Source: an uncultured Bacteroides sp. (GTDB lineage: Bacteria > Bacteroidota > Bacteroidia > Bacteroidales > Bacteroidaceae). From it: 64,000 nucleotides of DNA. The notes under the pieces were generated by a model. It was not told the origin of the DNA, ran no database searches, and saw only the letters and a program-made list of their open reading frames with translations. The translations under genes and the position numbers were made by a program. Of the stretch, positions 20,806 to 29,967 are shown in pieces (the stretch's first letter is position 1; every line of letters begins with the position of its first letter). The stretch lies in NCBI GenBank assembly GCA_905201685.1, contig CAJKOW010000001.1:20292-84291 (forward strand), written 5' to 3'.

Positions 20806-22251
20806 TTACCGCAAATGGATTTCCTGTCTTTTGCGACCGATGAAATCCTTGAAACGTTTTATCAGCTTCTCGTATTTCTTCTCTCCGGCTGCATTTCTAT
20901 TTTCCTGCGGATCGAGCTTGTGGTCAAACAGCGCCTCGTCCACTACACGGTTCTGCGACTTGTCGTACCACTCGGCATAACTGAATTCCGGCGTTACTAC
21001 ATTCACTCCCTTTCCCCACTGAATAAAAGCACAATCACGATGTTTTGCTTCAGGATTCTTCAGCACCGGCAGAAAGCTGCGCCCCTGCAGATGTTCGGGC
21101 AACGTGATGCCGCAAACCTCGCACAAAGAAGGATAGATATCTACAAACTCCACAATGCTACGGCTCTGTCCTGATGCTGCGTCCGGACAACGAACCATCA
21201 GCGGAGCATGAGTAGCTTGCTGAAGCAACGTATGCTTTCCCCAAAAGTCATGTTCGCCCAAGTGCCAGCCATGATCGCCCAGCAACACCACAACCGTATT
21301 ATCGGCCAGTCCCAACCGCTCCAGTTCATCCAATACCAGTCCGATTTGTGCATCGACAAAACTGACACAAGCATAATAGGCATGACAGGCCTCGCGATGG
21401 AAGTCCTCGGCCGAAGTATCGGTCACCCGTGTATACTGGAATATCTCCCTGGAACCTTGCACCTGCTCGGACAAGCCCTCGGGACGGTAGCGGTTATCGG
21501 CAATCTTGATGTCCTCCCTCCGATACAGATCCCAGTATTTCTTTGGAGCGATGAACGGCAAATGAGGCTTACGGAATCCGACAGCCAGGAAAAACGGACG
21601 GTCCATCTCTTTCAGACGATTCAACTCGGCCACCGCTTTACGGGCTATCTGATTGTCTTCGTAGCAACTGTCGGGCACATCGGCCGCTTCGCAATAGGGG
21701 CCACGATGACTTTGCGGATGAAGTTCGGCTTCGGGAATTTCCGTCTTCCATACATTCCACTTGTTGTACAAAGCCCAGTCGCCACTGGCCGGACTCACAA
21801 TCCAAGGCGATTCGCTCCAGCTGTCTGTCCGATCATCGAAATGATGGAACACCTTGCCAAGGGAAAGCGTATAATACCCGGCATTCTTAAACGCCAACGG
21901 CAAAGTGACCACGCCGGGCAGATCTTTCTCCGAACGGGTTTCAGCATCCACAAAACGACCCTCGACAATATCGGGATATACTCCCGTCAGCAAACTGGAG
22001 CGGGAAGCTCCGCTCACCGGTACGTTGCAATAAGCCTTCTGGAAGACTACCGACTGCTCTGCCAACTTGTCAAGATGAGGTGTAATGGCCACATCGCTAC
22101 CATAGCATCCCAACTCCGGACGCAAATCATCTACCACGATGAACAGCACATTTTGTTTTTCCTGAGCCTGCAAGGCAGATACGGACAGACACGAAGCAGC
22201 CAGCAAGACTGCCCGGGAGGGTTTACGATAGAAGAAGGAAGGATAGAACAT
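20806..22251 (-). CDS. S1 sulfatase, Ser-type (iduronate-2-sulfatase-like)
   Basis: NVLFIVVDDLRP, SGASRSSLLTG, GFRKPHLPF, DHGWHLGEH. Confidence 0.9.
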   Translation of the reverse strand: MFYPSFFYRKPSRAVLLAASCLSVSALQAQEKQNVLFIVVDDLRPELGCYGSDVAITPHLDKLAEQSVVFQKAYCNVPVSGASRSSLLTGVYPDIVEGRFVDAETRSEKDLPGVVTLPLAFKNAGYYTLSLGKVFHHFDDRTDSWSESPWIVSPASGDWALYNKWNVWKTEIPEAELHPQSHRGPYCEAADVPDSCYEDNQIARKAVAELNRLKEMDRPFFLAVGFRKPHLPFIAPKKYWDLYRREDIKIADNRYRPEGLSEQVQGSREIFQYTRVTDTSAEDFHREACHAYYACVSFVDAQIGLVLDELERLGLADNTVVVLLGDHGWHLGEHDFWGKHTLLQQATHAPLMVRCPDAASGQSRSIVEFVDIYPSLCEVCGITLPEHLQGRSFLPVLKNPEAKHRDCAFIQWGKGVNVVTPEFSYAEWYDKSQNRVVDEALFDHKLDPQENRNAAGEKKYEKLIKRFKDFIGRKRQEIHLR

Positions 22252-22295
22252 AATACCAAAGTTTTGATTTTTAAGAAAACGGCATGCAGCCAGCT

Positions 22296-23558
22296 TTAGT
22301 TGTCCAAACTACGCTTGCGCCACAATGCCTCTAAATAATAGTAATCGGCGTACGAAAGAGGTACATCCACTTCGCTCTCGTGAGGAGCAGAACCGGTGGA
22401 ATGCAAAAGCAGGAAGCCATAGTTTGCCCCGTATTCCGACTGATAAGATCGGTTCAGACTATCAATTATCTTATCGGCTGCAGCCTTATACTTCTTGCCT
22501 TTCTCCATATCGGCATACTCCGAAAGTTCGTACAAGCCTGAAGCTATGATCGCAGCAGCCGAAGCATCACGAGGAACATCCGGAATGCCGGGAGCTTTCA
22601 TATCCCAGTAAGGCACACCGTCTTCGGGCATATTGGACCAAGACAATATGAAATCGGCAATAGCCTCGGCCTGGCGTAAATAAGCAGCCTCTTTCGTAAA
22701 GCGGTAGCACAGAGTATATCCATACAGTCCCCAACCCTGTCCACGACTCCAGAACGAATCATCCGAATAGCCCTGATAGGTGCACTTCATACGGACTGCA
22801 CCTGTAGCCGGATCATAATCCACCACATGATAGGAAGAATAATCGCTACGGAAATGGTTCTTCATCGTTGTATTGGCATGGTTCACAGCCACTCTCCAGT
22901 AAAGAGAATCACCTGTCAGCTGAGTAGCGCTGAACAGCATTTCCAGATTCATCATATTATCTATAATGACTGGATACTTCCAACGATCCCGGTTAAAGTC
23001 CCAGGAACGTATACACTTCACACGATCATCGTAACGCGAAACCAAAGTCTTGGCAGCCTGTATCACCACATCCTTATAAGAACGTTCTCCTGTCCACTGA
23101 TAAGCCTTTCCGAAACTGTTATTCACCATAAAGCCCAGATCGTGCGTACCCTTATAACGCTTCACTTCTTCCAGTGGCCAGGTGAAACTGATGGCCTGCT
23201 GACGCCAATAATCGTTGTTCGTATAAGCATAAACATGCCACAAACTGCCCGGAAAGAACCCTGAGCACCAGTCGTAAGGCGATACCAATGCCAACGATCC
23301 ATCCTTGGCAATACTACGCGGCATCACTTTCCTTTTACAGATATTATCTTTCTGTTTCTTTGCCTTGTTGGTCGCAGCAATAGCAAAATCCAACTGCCGG
23401 CAAGCAAAAGCAAAAGCATTATCCACGGACGAAGGAACCGCATACAACAAATTAAAACGGTCTTTCCAGTCAATTATCCGATGTGTGTCATATACCTTCA
23501 AGTACCCTCTACGGTTGGTGTCAAGATATACGGCTGCCCGATAAAGGTCCTGATACAA
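22296..23558 (-). pseudogene. GH88 unsaturated glucuronyl hydrolase; 3' half of a disrupted lyase-GH88 fusion
   Basis: WCSGFFPG, HDLGF, IIDNMMNLE, WSRGQ.W, YADYYYLEA; no own signal peptide; begins inside a 30-bp duplication. Confidence 0.8.
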
Positions 23559-23643
23559 CTTTTGTTGCGTACAATCATGTGTAAACTACTTTGCCATTAA
23601 GCAACAGCTCCACGTCCTGATACAACTTTTGTTGCGTACAATC
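23547..23643. repeat. Exact 30-bp direct repeat flanking a 37-bp insert
   Basis: GTCCTGATACAACTTTTGTTGCGTACAATC at 23547-23576 and 23614-23643. Confidence 0.97.
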
Positions 23644-24546
23644 CCATCCATCGTCTTGTCGATAAGGCCATTCACTTACATCTTTTCCGGCAAATTGTGC
23701 CAGATAATCCATCGCATCGTAAAGGCTACGTCCGTCCGACGACTCAAGGCCATCAATCTGCAATCCCCGATGCTTGGCCATCAGACAGATATCAATCAAA
23801 TAATGCAGATTACGCTGTGAAGCATCAAAAGAGTGTTTACAGTCCAGTTCATAAGGTTGTTTCCCCGACGGCTCTATCTGCTTGAAAATACGTTTGGCAG
23901 GAATTGATTCTATCACTTTATCAGCCACTTCCTTTTTACCTATATATAAGGCATAGGCTATGACTTGCGCATCGTAAGCCGTTCCCCGATGGCCGGCCCA
24001 TGCCTTCGCATCCACTTCTTGTGAAGAGGCTTGCATACCGTCCAGTAAATCAGCGAACCAGGCTTTCAACCGCTTAGCATCTTTGGAAGTCAGCTGGCTG
24101 GAAGCTTCGAGCAACTGTACAGCATCCAGCATTTCAATGAACGGATAGGTTTCGAGTACATCAAAATTGTCCGGAGTCATCCGGGTATTCTTATCCAGGA
24201 AATTCGTCCGTATCAGCTCAACAGCCTTTTGAGCATAAATTTCTTCCTCACTAAAAAAGTATGCCAAAGCCAATGTTGTGATTCGATCGGAAATCATATC
24301 CACCCGCTTACATGAAGATTCACATTCAACTCCGGATAACGGTTGTTGTGTATCCACAGTGTCGGCTCCGATCTTTAAATATCCATCCGCTTGCGTTTTC
24401 AGTTCCTGCAGCGAAGCGGCATAATAAGCATCCTGCACCGACTGCTTGACATCCGTCAGATGATTTCTATCCCAAACAGACTGTGCATGCAATGAAAGTG
24501 AACAGCAGGAAATAACAAAAACACGTAATATCGATCTCAAATTCAT
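23575..24546 (-). pseudogene. Alginate-lyase-family (alpha/alpha) domain with signal peptide; 5' half of the disrupted fusion
   Basis: TLALAYFFS.EE.YAQKA.ELIR..FL...TRM.P, QI.PSG.QP.EL, WPY.Q; ends in insert-derived VELLLNGKVVYT*. Confidence 0.7.
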
Positions 24547-24558
24547 AGCCCCATCCTA

Positions 24559-26109
24559 TTAATAATTAATCCTATTAGCAAATTTTCTCTCCTTGGCCCA
24601 TATATCTTCCGATACTTTTAACCAATTGCCCAATTCTGTTTTTAAAAACTCAGCCTGTTTTTCAGGAATCTCTTCCAGTGTCAGCGAAGTCTGCTGATAA
24701 GGATCTTTTATATTATCGAACAACAGATAATTGCCATCCTTTTGTACCACATAAGAATAACGGTCGGTACGCACTCCTTTCTCTTTCAGCATAAAGTAGA
24801 AAGAAGACTGAGGCTTCTGAACGCTACCAAAATCACCGGTAAGAATGCCCTGAGAGTAATTTTTCCCTTTCACCGTATCAGGAAGTCGATCAGCCAGTCC
24901 CAGCATGCCCAACAAAGTTGGCATAATATCCTGTGCTCCTATCATCAAATCATTTATTTGCGGTTTCAGTTGCGCCGGGTAACGCATTATGAATGGAATC
25001 AGCAAAGCCTCATCATAGATCACACCTTTGGCCATTCTGCCATGGCTTCCCATCATTTCTCCATGATCGGCAGCAAATATCACCAATGTATTATCAGTCA
25101 GTCCCTCCTCATCCAAAGCATTCAGAACACGGCCAATCTCATCATCGATGCATTTAACCAATGAAAAATAAACCTTGGCTTCCAGTGATAACCTCTCCAA
25201 ATTTTTCGCTTGTTTGCCTTCGCCATACTCTACATTGGGACGAAGCAACAATTCCTTAGAACCTAAGTCCTTATAATATTTATTAAAGACCTCTTCCCGG
25301 CAATCACTTACACTGGAATAGGGTGTATGAGGAGGATTCAAACTCCAAAACAGGCTGAAAGGTTTAGACGAATCCCGTTCCCCTTCACGGTTTTTCAGAT
25401 ACTTAATTACAACATCAGCCTCAACTTCCGAAGTAAAACGGTGATAAAAATAAGCCTCTCCATCCTTCTTCCCTCCGACCAATTCCGGACGGTTGGAATA
25501 GGCCACTGCATTGAAATGATTATCCCTCAACTGCTGGAACCAGAACTTATTACTTTTACGACCTCTTCCTTCAGGAATGTAAGTATCATAATTATAGGTA
25601 TAATGTCCTCCTGGCTCTTCTGTAGTACCCACATAATTTCCTTTTTTATCGAATAAAGGTTCGGTACGGTGCCAATGCGTTTTGCCTACGTAAGCAGTCT
25701 CATATCCCGATGCTGCCAGCACGTCTGTAAAACAAACAATACAGTCTGGAATGCCTTGCTTTTTCCCTTTAAAACAATTTGTATCTACCCCATTTTTCTC
25801 AGGGAACATTTCTGTCATTAACATGGCACGATGAGGACTGCTTAAAGGGCAAGTACTACAGGCACGACTAAAGACAACGCCCTGTTTAGCCAAACGGTCC
25901 AAATTGGGCGTATGAACAGGATCGCCCACGGTACTCAAAACATTACGATATGCCGGATTGCTCCATAAACTCAATGCATTCAGCCGATATTGATCTGCAA
26001 ATATGTACACCAGGTTTGGTCGTTGTTCCTGTCCGAATGCCTGCGTAAATACTCCAACAGCAAATGTAAAAGGAAGTCCCCATTTTATTTTATCAAAACA
26101 AAACTCCAT
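24559..26109 (-). CDS. S1 sulfatase, Ser-type (probable glycosaminoglycan sulfatase)
   Basis: PNLVYIFADQ, SSPHRAMLMT, GKTHW, NPPHTP, DHGEMMGSHG. Confidence 0.9.
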   Translation of the reverse strand: MEFCFDKIKWGLPFTFAVGVFTQAFGQEQRPNLVYIFADQYRLNALSLWSNPAYRNVLSTVGDPVHTPNLDRLAKQGVVFSRACSTCPLSSPHRAMLMTEMFPEKNGVDTNCFKGKKQGIPDCIVCFTDVLAASGYETAYVGKTHWHRTEPLFDKKGNYVGTTEEPGGHYTYNYDTYIPEGRGRKSNKFWFQQLRDNHFNAVAYSNRPELVGGKKDGEAYFYHRFTSEVEADVVIKYLKNREGERDSSKPFSLFWSLNPPHTPYSSVSDCREEVFNKYYKDLGSKELLLRPNVEYGEGKQAKNLERLSLEAKVYFSLVKCIDDEIGRVLNALDEEGLTDNTLVIFAADHGEMMGSHGRMAKGVIYDEALLIPFIMRYPAQLKPQINDLMIGAQDIMPTLLGMLGLADRLPDTVKGKNYSQGILTGDFGSVQKPQSSFYFMLKEKGVRTDRYSYVVQKDGNYLLFDNIKDPYQQTSLTLEEIPEKQAEFLKTELGNWLKVSEDIWAKERKFANRINY

Positions 26110-26155
26110 ATTCTTCTATTTATTAAAAAACATCCATAGTTTTATTTCATCACTT

Positions 26156-28153
26156 TTATAAATTGGCAGCTAAGTTAAACTTTTTCCCGTCAATCATTAC
26201 TGTAACCTCTACACCATCCTCCTGAAAATGTTTGTTCGAAAAAGATGCATATATTTTCGGGGCGTTATCAGCGTTCTTCACCGGATAAATGACAGAGATA
26301 TAGCGCACTGTATCTTTCCCTTTCTTTTCAACATCCAGCGCAACAGCCTTACGAGGTACCCGCTTCCGATAGGCAGTAGAACGCCATCCTTCCACTTCGT
26401 TCATCACGGCTTTTTGCTCAGGAAAGCACTGTAACTTTACATTGCTGTCCCCTTCGTAAGACGTTGTAATCGCAAAATCAGCCTTGTTTATAGAAACTTC
26501 TCCTTCAGCCAAATGATAGTTCAGATTCACTGTGCCAGTGGCTGTACCCACCGCTTCATCTACAATCACAAAAAACTTCTGATCGACAAAAAAGACCGTC
26601 CGCCGATGTTTCAGGTCGGCATAACTTGGATTCTCTGTCACCAGAATCTGCACATCGCCTTCCGGCTTCCAAAGTTTTGTAACCGACTGCGTTGTTTCCA
26701 GATTCTTGCCGTCAAGTGTCAGTGTATTGTGCGAAGCTGTCCGTCGGAACCAGTTTCGAAGCTTCATCACTTCACCATGTCCGGCATAGATATACGAACC
26801 ACTATCCGGAAAAAGATTACGACCATTCACCCAAAGTTCGAAAGTGCCATTATCGGGCTGGCAATGCCATTCTCCCTTGGGTCCGGCTTTTACAACCATT
26901 ACCGTAGCATCTTGTTTCCAACCAGTTCTAAACGTAAAGAAGCCAGATTCCTTTGCCGCATGAGACAAGTAAGGTAAAGGAGTTCCTTCACGCCCTTCGG
27001 TTGCATAAAAACGAATCCATTCGCAATCGGGAAATAGCTGAAGCCATTCTTTATAGTTTCGGATTTCTCCAGAACGTTCCCCCAACTTGGCATCACTGAA
27101 ACAAGGGTTTGTATAATCAGGGAAACAAATATTCGAATAGAACTCAATCATATTTTTTATTGTCTGTGCATATTCTTCCGGAAACTCCTGGCGGAATCCG
27201 TTTACATCGGCCATGCGAAGTGCTTTACAAAAGATATTAATGGCCGCCAGATGATAATGAGGATCCAGTTCAAACTGTCCTCCATCGGCATATACCTGTT
27301 TCTTTATTTCCCGGTTCAGCACCTCAATACCGCTCTTTCTCCACTTCTCCGCATCTTTCAGCTCCGGGAAAAAGGTACCTGCATATACCATACGCTGTGC
27401 TTCAAACAATAAGTGATTGCCTTGTTTGGTGTAATGCTTCAATATATGAGCGGCATGACGATGATAATTCACCAGAAATTCTGTCAGGAACTCCGGAGTA
27501 AAGAACTTAGACGAATTAAAAATCAAAAACTGAGGTATCTGATCCTGTATGCGGTGACTGACTTCCAGCGGTCGCCAGGCATAACGCATATTCTCTTTAT
27601 CTCCTTTCAGATTACCTTCAATGACTTGCTGAAAATCATCATCGTTTATTTCAATTAAAGGATTCTTTTTAATCCAGTCCATATATTGAAACACCCATTC
27701 ACGAGCATATTTCTCATCTCCAGATACCCGATATACCTTTCCCATAGGTGTAAACCACTTGTGACGATGCAATTGCCAGCGCAATTCATTATCTTTCACC
27801 GGCCAATACTGCCAATCTATATCTTTGCCATAATTGAAAGAAGGCTGATATCCTTCGTGTACAAAAAAGGTATGCTCCAATGCATCATCGGCCCATTGCC
27901 AGTCTCTTTTCGAGGCTTTGATATGTTCTAAGTCCAAATCAGGATAAACTATTCCGGAACGGTTTCTGTAATAATCCAGCAAAAGCTCAGCGGCCTCTTT
28001 CCATTGTTGTCTTCCACAGGCATCTTTCACTTTCTCCAATCCGGGATAATCCAAATTCAGCAAATCAAAAACTTCCGTCCGCAATGTTTGCGCCTGGATT
28101 AGGGCAGAAAACAGACTAAAGCAGACAACTAAAATAAATCTCAAAGTTTTCAT
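26156..28153 (-). CDS. hepC: Heparin-sulfate lyase (heparinase III, PL12)
   Basis: NELRWQLHRHKW, WRPLEV, GNHLLFE, ELDPHYH, HCQPDNGTFEL, HNTLTLDG; start placed at MKTL. Confidence 0.85.
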   Translation of the reverse strand: MKTLRFILVVCFSLFSALIQAQTLRTEVFDLLNLDYPGLEKVKDACGRQQWKEAAELLLDYYRNRSGIVYPDLDLEHIKASKRDWQWADDALEHTFFVHEGYQPSFNYGKDIDWQYWPVKDNELRWQLHRHKWFTPMGKVYRVSGDEKYAREWVFQYMDWIKKNPLIEINDDDFQQVIEGNLKGDKENMRYAWRPLEVSHRIQDQIPQFLIFNSSKFFTPEFLTEFLVNYHRHAAHILKHYTKQGNHLLFEAQRMVYAGTFFPELKDAEKWRKSGIEVLNREIKKQVYADGGQFELDPHYHLAAINIFCKALRMADVNGFRQEFPEEYAQTIKNMIEFYSNICFPDYTNPCFSDAKLGERSGEIRNYKEWLQLFPDCEWIRFYATEGREGTPLPYLSHAAKESGFFTFRTGWKQDATVMVVKAGPKGEWHCQPDNGTFELWVNGRNLFPDSGSYIYAGHGEVMKLRNWFRRTASHNTLTLDGKNLETTQSVTKLWKPEGDVQILVTENPSYADLKHRRTVFFVDQKFFVIVDEAVGTATGTVNLNYHLAEGEVSINKADFAITTSYEGDSNVKLQCFPEQKAVMNEVEGWRSTAYRKRVPRKAVALDVEKKGKDTVRYISVIYPVKNADNAPKIYASFSNKHFQEDGVEVTVMIDGKKFNLAANL

Positions 28154-28284
28154 GGTATCAATCCTCACTACAAATTTGCAAATCTGATAAAAAATAAGGT
28201 TACACAGACTTCCACACCATTTTTCAATTCATGTCCATCTGTGTAACCTACTTTAAACAATCTTATTACCTGTCCAGACGATTA

Positions 28285-29961
28285 TTACCAACCCGGATTC
28301 TGTCCCAAATTGGGATTCTTGAACCGTTCTGTATTAGCAATCGGATAGAAATATAAATTGTCTGTTATGGTACGTGATTCCAATAAGAATTTGGTATATT
28401 CAAAGTCATCACCATTCTTCACTACCTTAACGCCATAAATATCAGCTGTCTCGTCCAGATCCTTCCAACGACGAACATCCCAAAAGCGATGACCTTCGAA
28501 AGCCAACTCTACACGACGTTCATTCTTCAGACGCTTTACGAAATCTGCTTCACTCATTCCGCTCGGCAGTTCGGGCATATTTACATCTGCACGGGCACGC
28601 ACCTGATTGACAGCTTCACGCGCACTCAAAGGAAGTTCACCATCCTTATAATCCGGATTATGGAAAGCATTCACCATTGCTTCTGCATAGTTCAGCAATA
28701 CTTCAGCATAACGGAACAGAATCCAGTTATGGTTTTTAGCAGTCACTTTGCTACCAGACTCAAAACTGATGGAATTATTGACGTACTTCTGCAAATAATA
28801 ACCTGTTATTGTAGCATTTTCAATCGGAAGTCCGTTAGCTCCTCCTTCCCAGATTTCAACATTGTTAACCGGCCACTTCATATTATTGTAAACGATAGTC
28901 ATTCCCATACGAGGGTCACGGTTCGCATAAGGATTGGCTTTCATGGCAGGATTGCTCCAATCAAAAGCTGAGCCGTCTGTCATTTCATAAGCATCCACCA
29001 AATTCTGAGTAGGACAAGTGGAAGTGCTACCGCCTTCTACTCCCATCGGGAAGTTAGCCTTCTCAAAATCTCCGTTCTCACCAGTGGCACGAGCTAAAAT
29101 AACTTCGGTAACTTTGTTATTGGTATCATTGAACAAATCGGAATAATTCACCAGTTTATAGCCCAGCTCGGAAGAAGAGCCAATGATTTCATAAGCAGCC
29201 TTGGCTGCTTTTTTCCAGTTCTCCGCATTGTCACTGCTATACAACGGACTTGCCATATAGAGCAACATACGTGCTTTTAAAGCCAATGCCGTACCTTTGG
29301 TAACGCGACCAGTCTCTGCATCCGGAAAACTCTTGTAATCCACCGGCAAATAGTTAGCTAAATCAGAACATTCGTCCACAATGAACTGTGCAATCGTCTC
29401 AAAGGTAGCGGGAGTAACCTGATTAGCTTCTTCCTGTGTCAATACTTCTGTAACAAAAGGAACATTATGATAGCGTCTGATCAACTCAAAATAGAAATAA
29501 GCACGCAGGAACCGTACTTCGTACTTGTAATTGTTAAAGCACTTCATCATATTCTCATATTCATCGGAATATTTCCAGTCATCGAAAGTCAGATTAGCTG
29601 TCTCTGCCAGATACAAATTGGCAGCCCGAATGCCTGTGTAATAATTGCTCCACTGATCATCAACCGTATTGTTCGCAGACCAAGTACCGTTCACAAACCG
29701 TTGAATGTTGGAAGAATCGTATATATGAATAGCATCATCTGTCGCAGCATCGAGCATAGCTCCGTCTATCGAACAGAAATCGGCTTTCAAATATCCATAA
29801 ATGTTCGTCACCAACTGTTTTACACGAGTATAACTATCCAGAACATCCTCTTTGGTATAGTTATCGGACTCATCACAATCCATAAAGTCGCATCCAGTAA
29901 GCGTAAACAACGACAGAAGCAATGCAAGTCCTTTTATTTTAATATTCTTCATCTTAATCAC
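28285..29961 (-). CDS. susD: SusD/RagB family lipoprotein
   Basis: Lipobox LTGC; RFLRAYFYFEL, RDPR, ERRVELAFEGHRFWDVRRW, QNPGW. Confidence 0.95.
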   Translation of the reverse strand: MIKMKNIKIKGLALLLSLFTLTGCDFMDCDESDNYTKEDVLDSYTRVKQLVTNIYGYLKADFCSIDGAMLDAATDDAIHIYDSSNIQRFVNGTWSANNTVDDQWSNYYTGIRAANLYLAETANLTFDDWKYSDEYENMMKCFNNYKYEVRFLRAYFYFELIRRYHNVPFVTEVLTQEEANQVTPATFETIAQFIVDECSDLANYLPVDYKSFPDAETGRVTKGTALALKARMLLYMASPLYSSDNAENWKKAAKAAYEIIGSSSELGYKLVNYSDLFNDTNNKVTEVILARATGENGDFEKANFPMGVEGGSTSTCPTQNLVDAYEMTDGSAFDWSNPAMKANPYANRDPRMGMTIVYNNMKWPVNNVEIWEGGANGLPIENATITGYYLQKYVNNSISFESGSKVTAKNHNWILFRYAEVLLNYAEAMVNAFHNPDYKDGELPLSAREAVNQVRARADVNMPELPSGMSEADFVKRLKNERRVELAFEGHRFWDVRRWKDLDETADIYGVKVVKNGDDFEYTKFLLESRTITDNLYFYPIANTERFKNPNLGQNPGW

Positions 29962-29967
29962 GTTTTA

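Noticed and set aside
19520..22299. Long plus-strand ORFs (346 aa, 363 aa) and similar antisense ORFs at 5280, 9678, 36057, 46947 and 61941
   Set aside because: Antisense shadows of well-supported genes with no motifs
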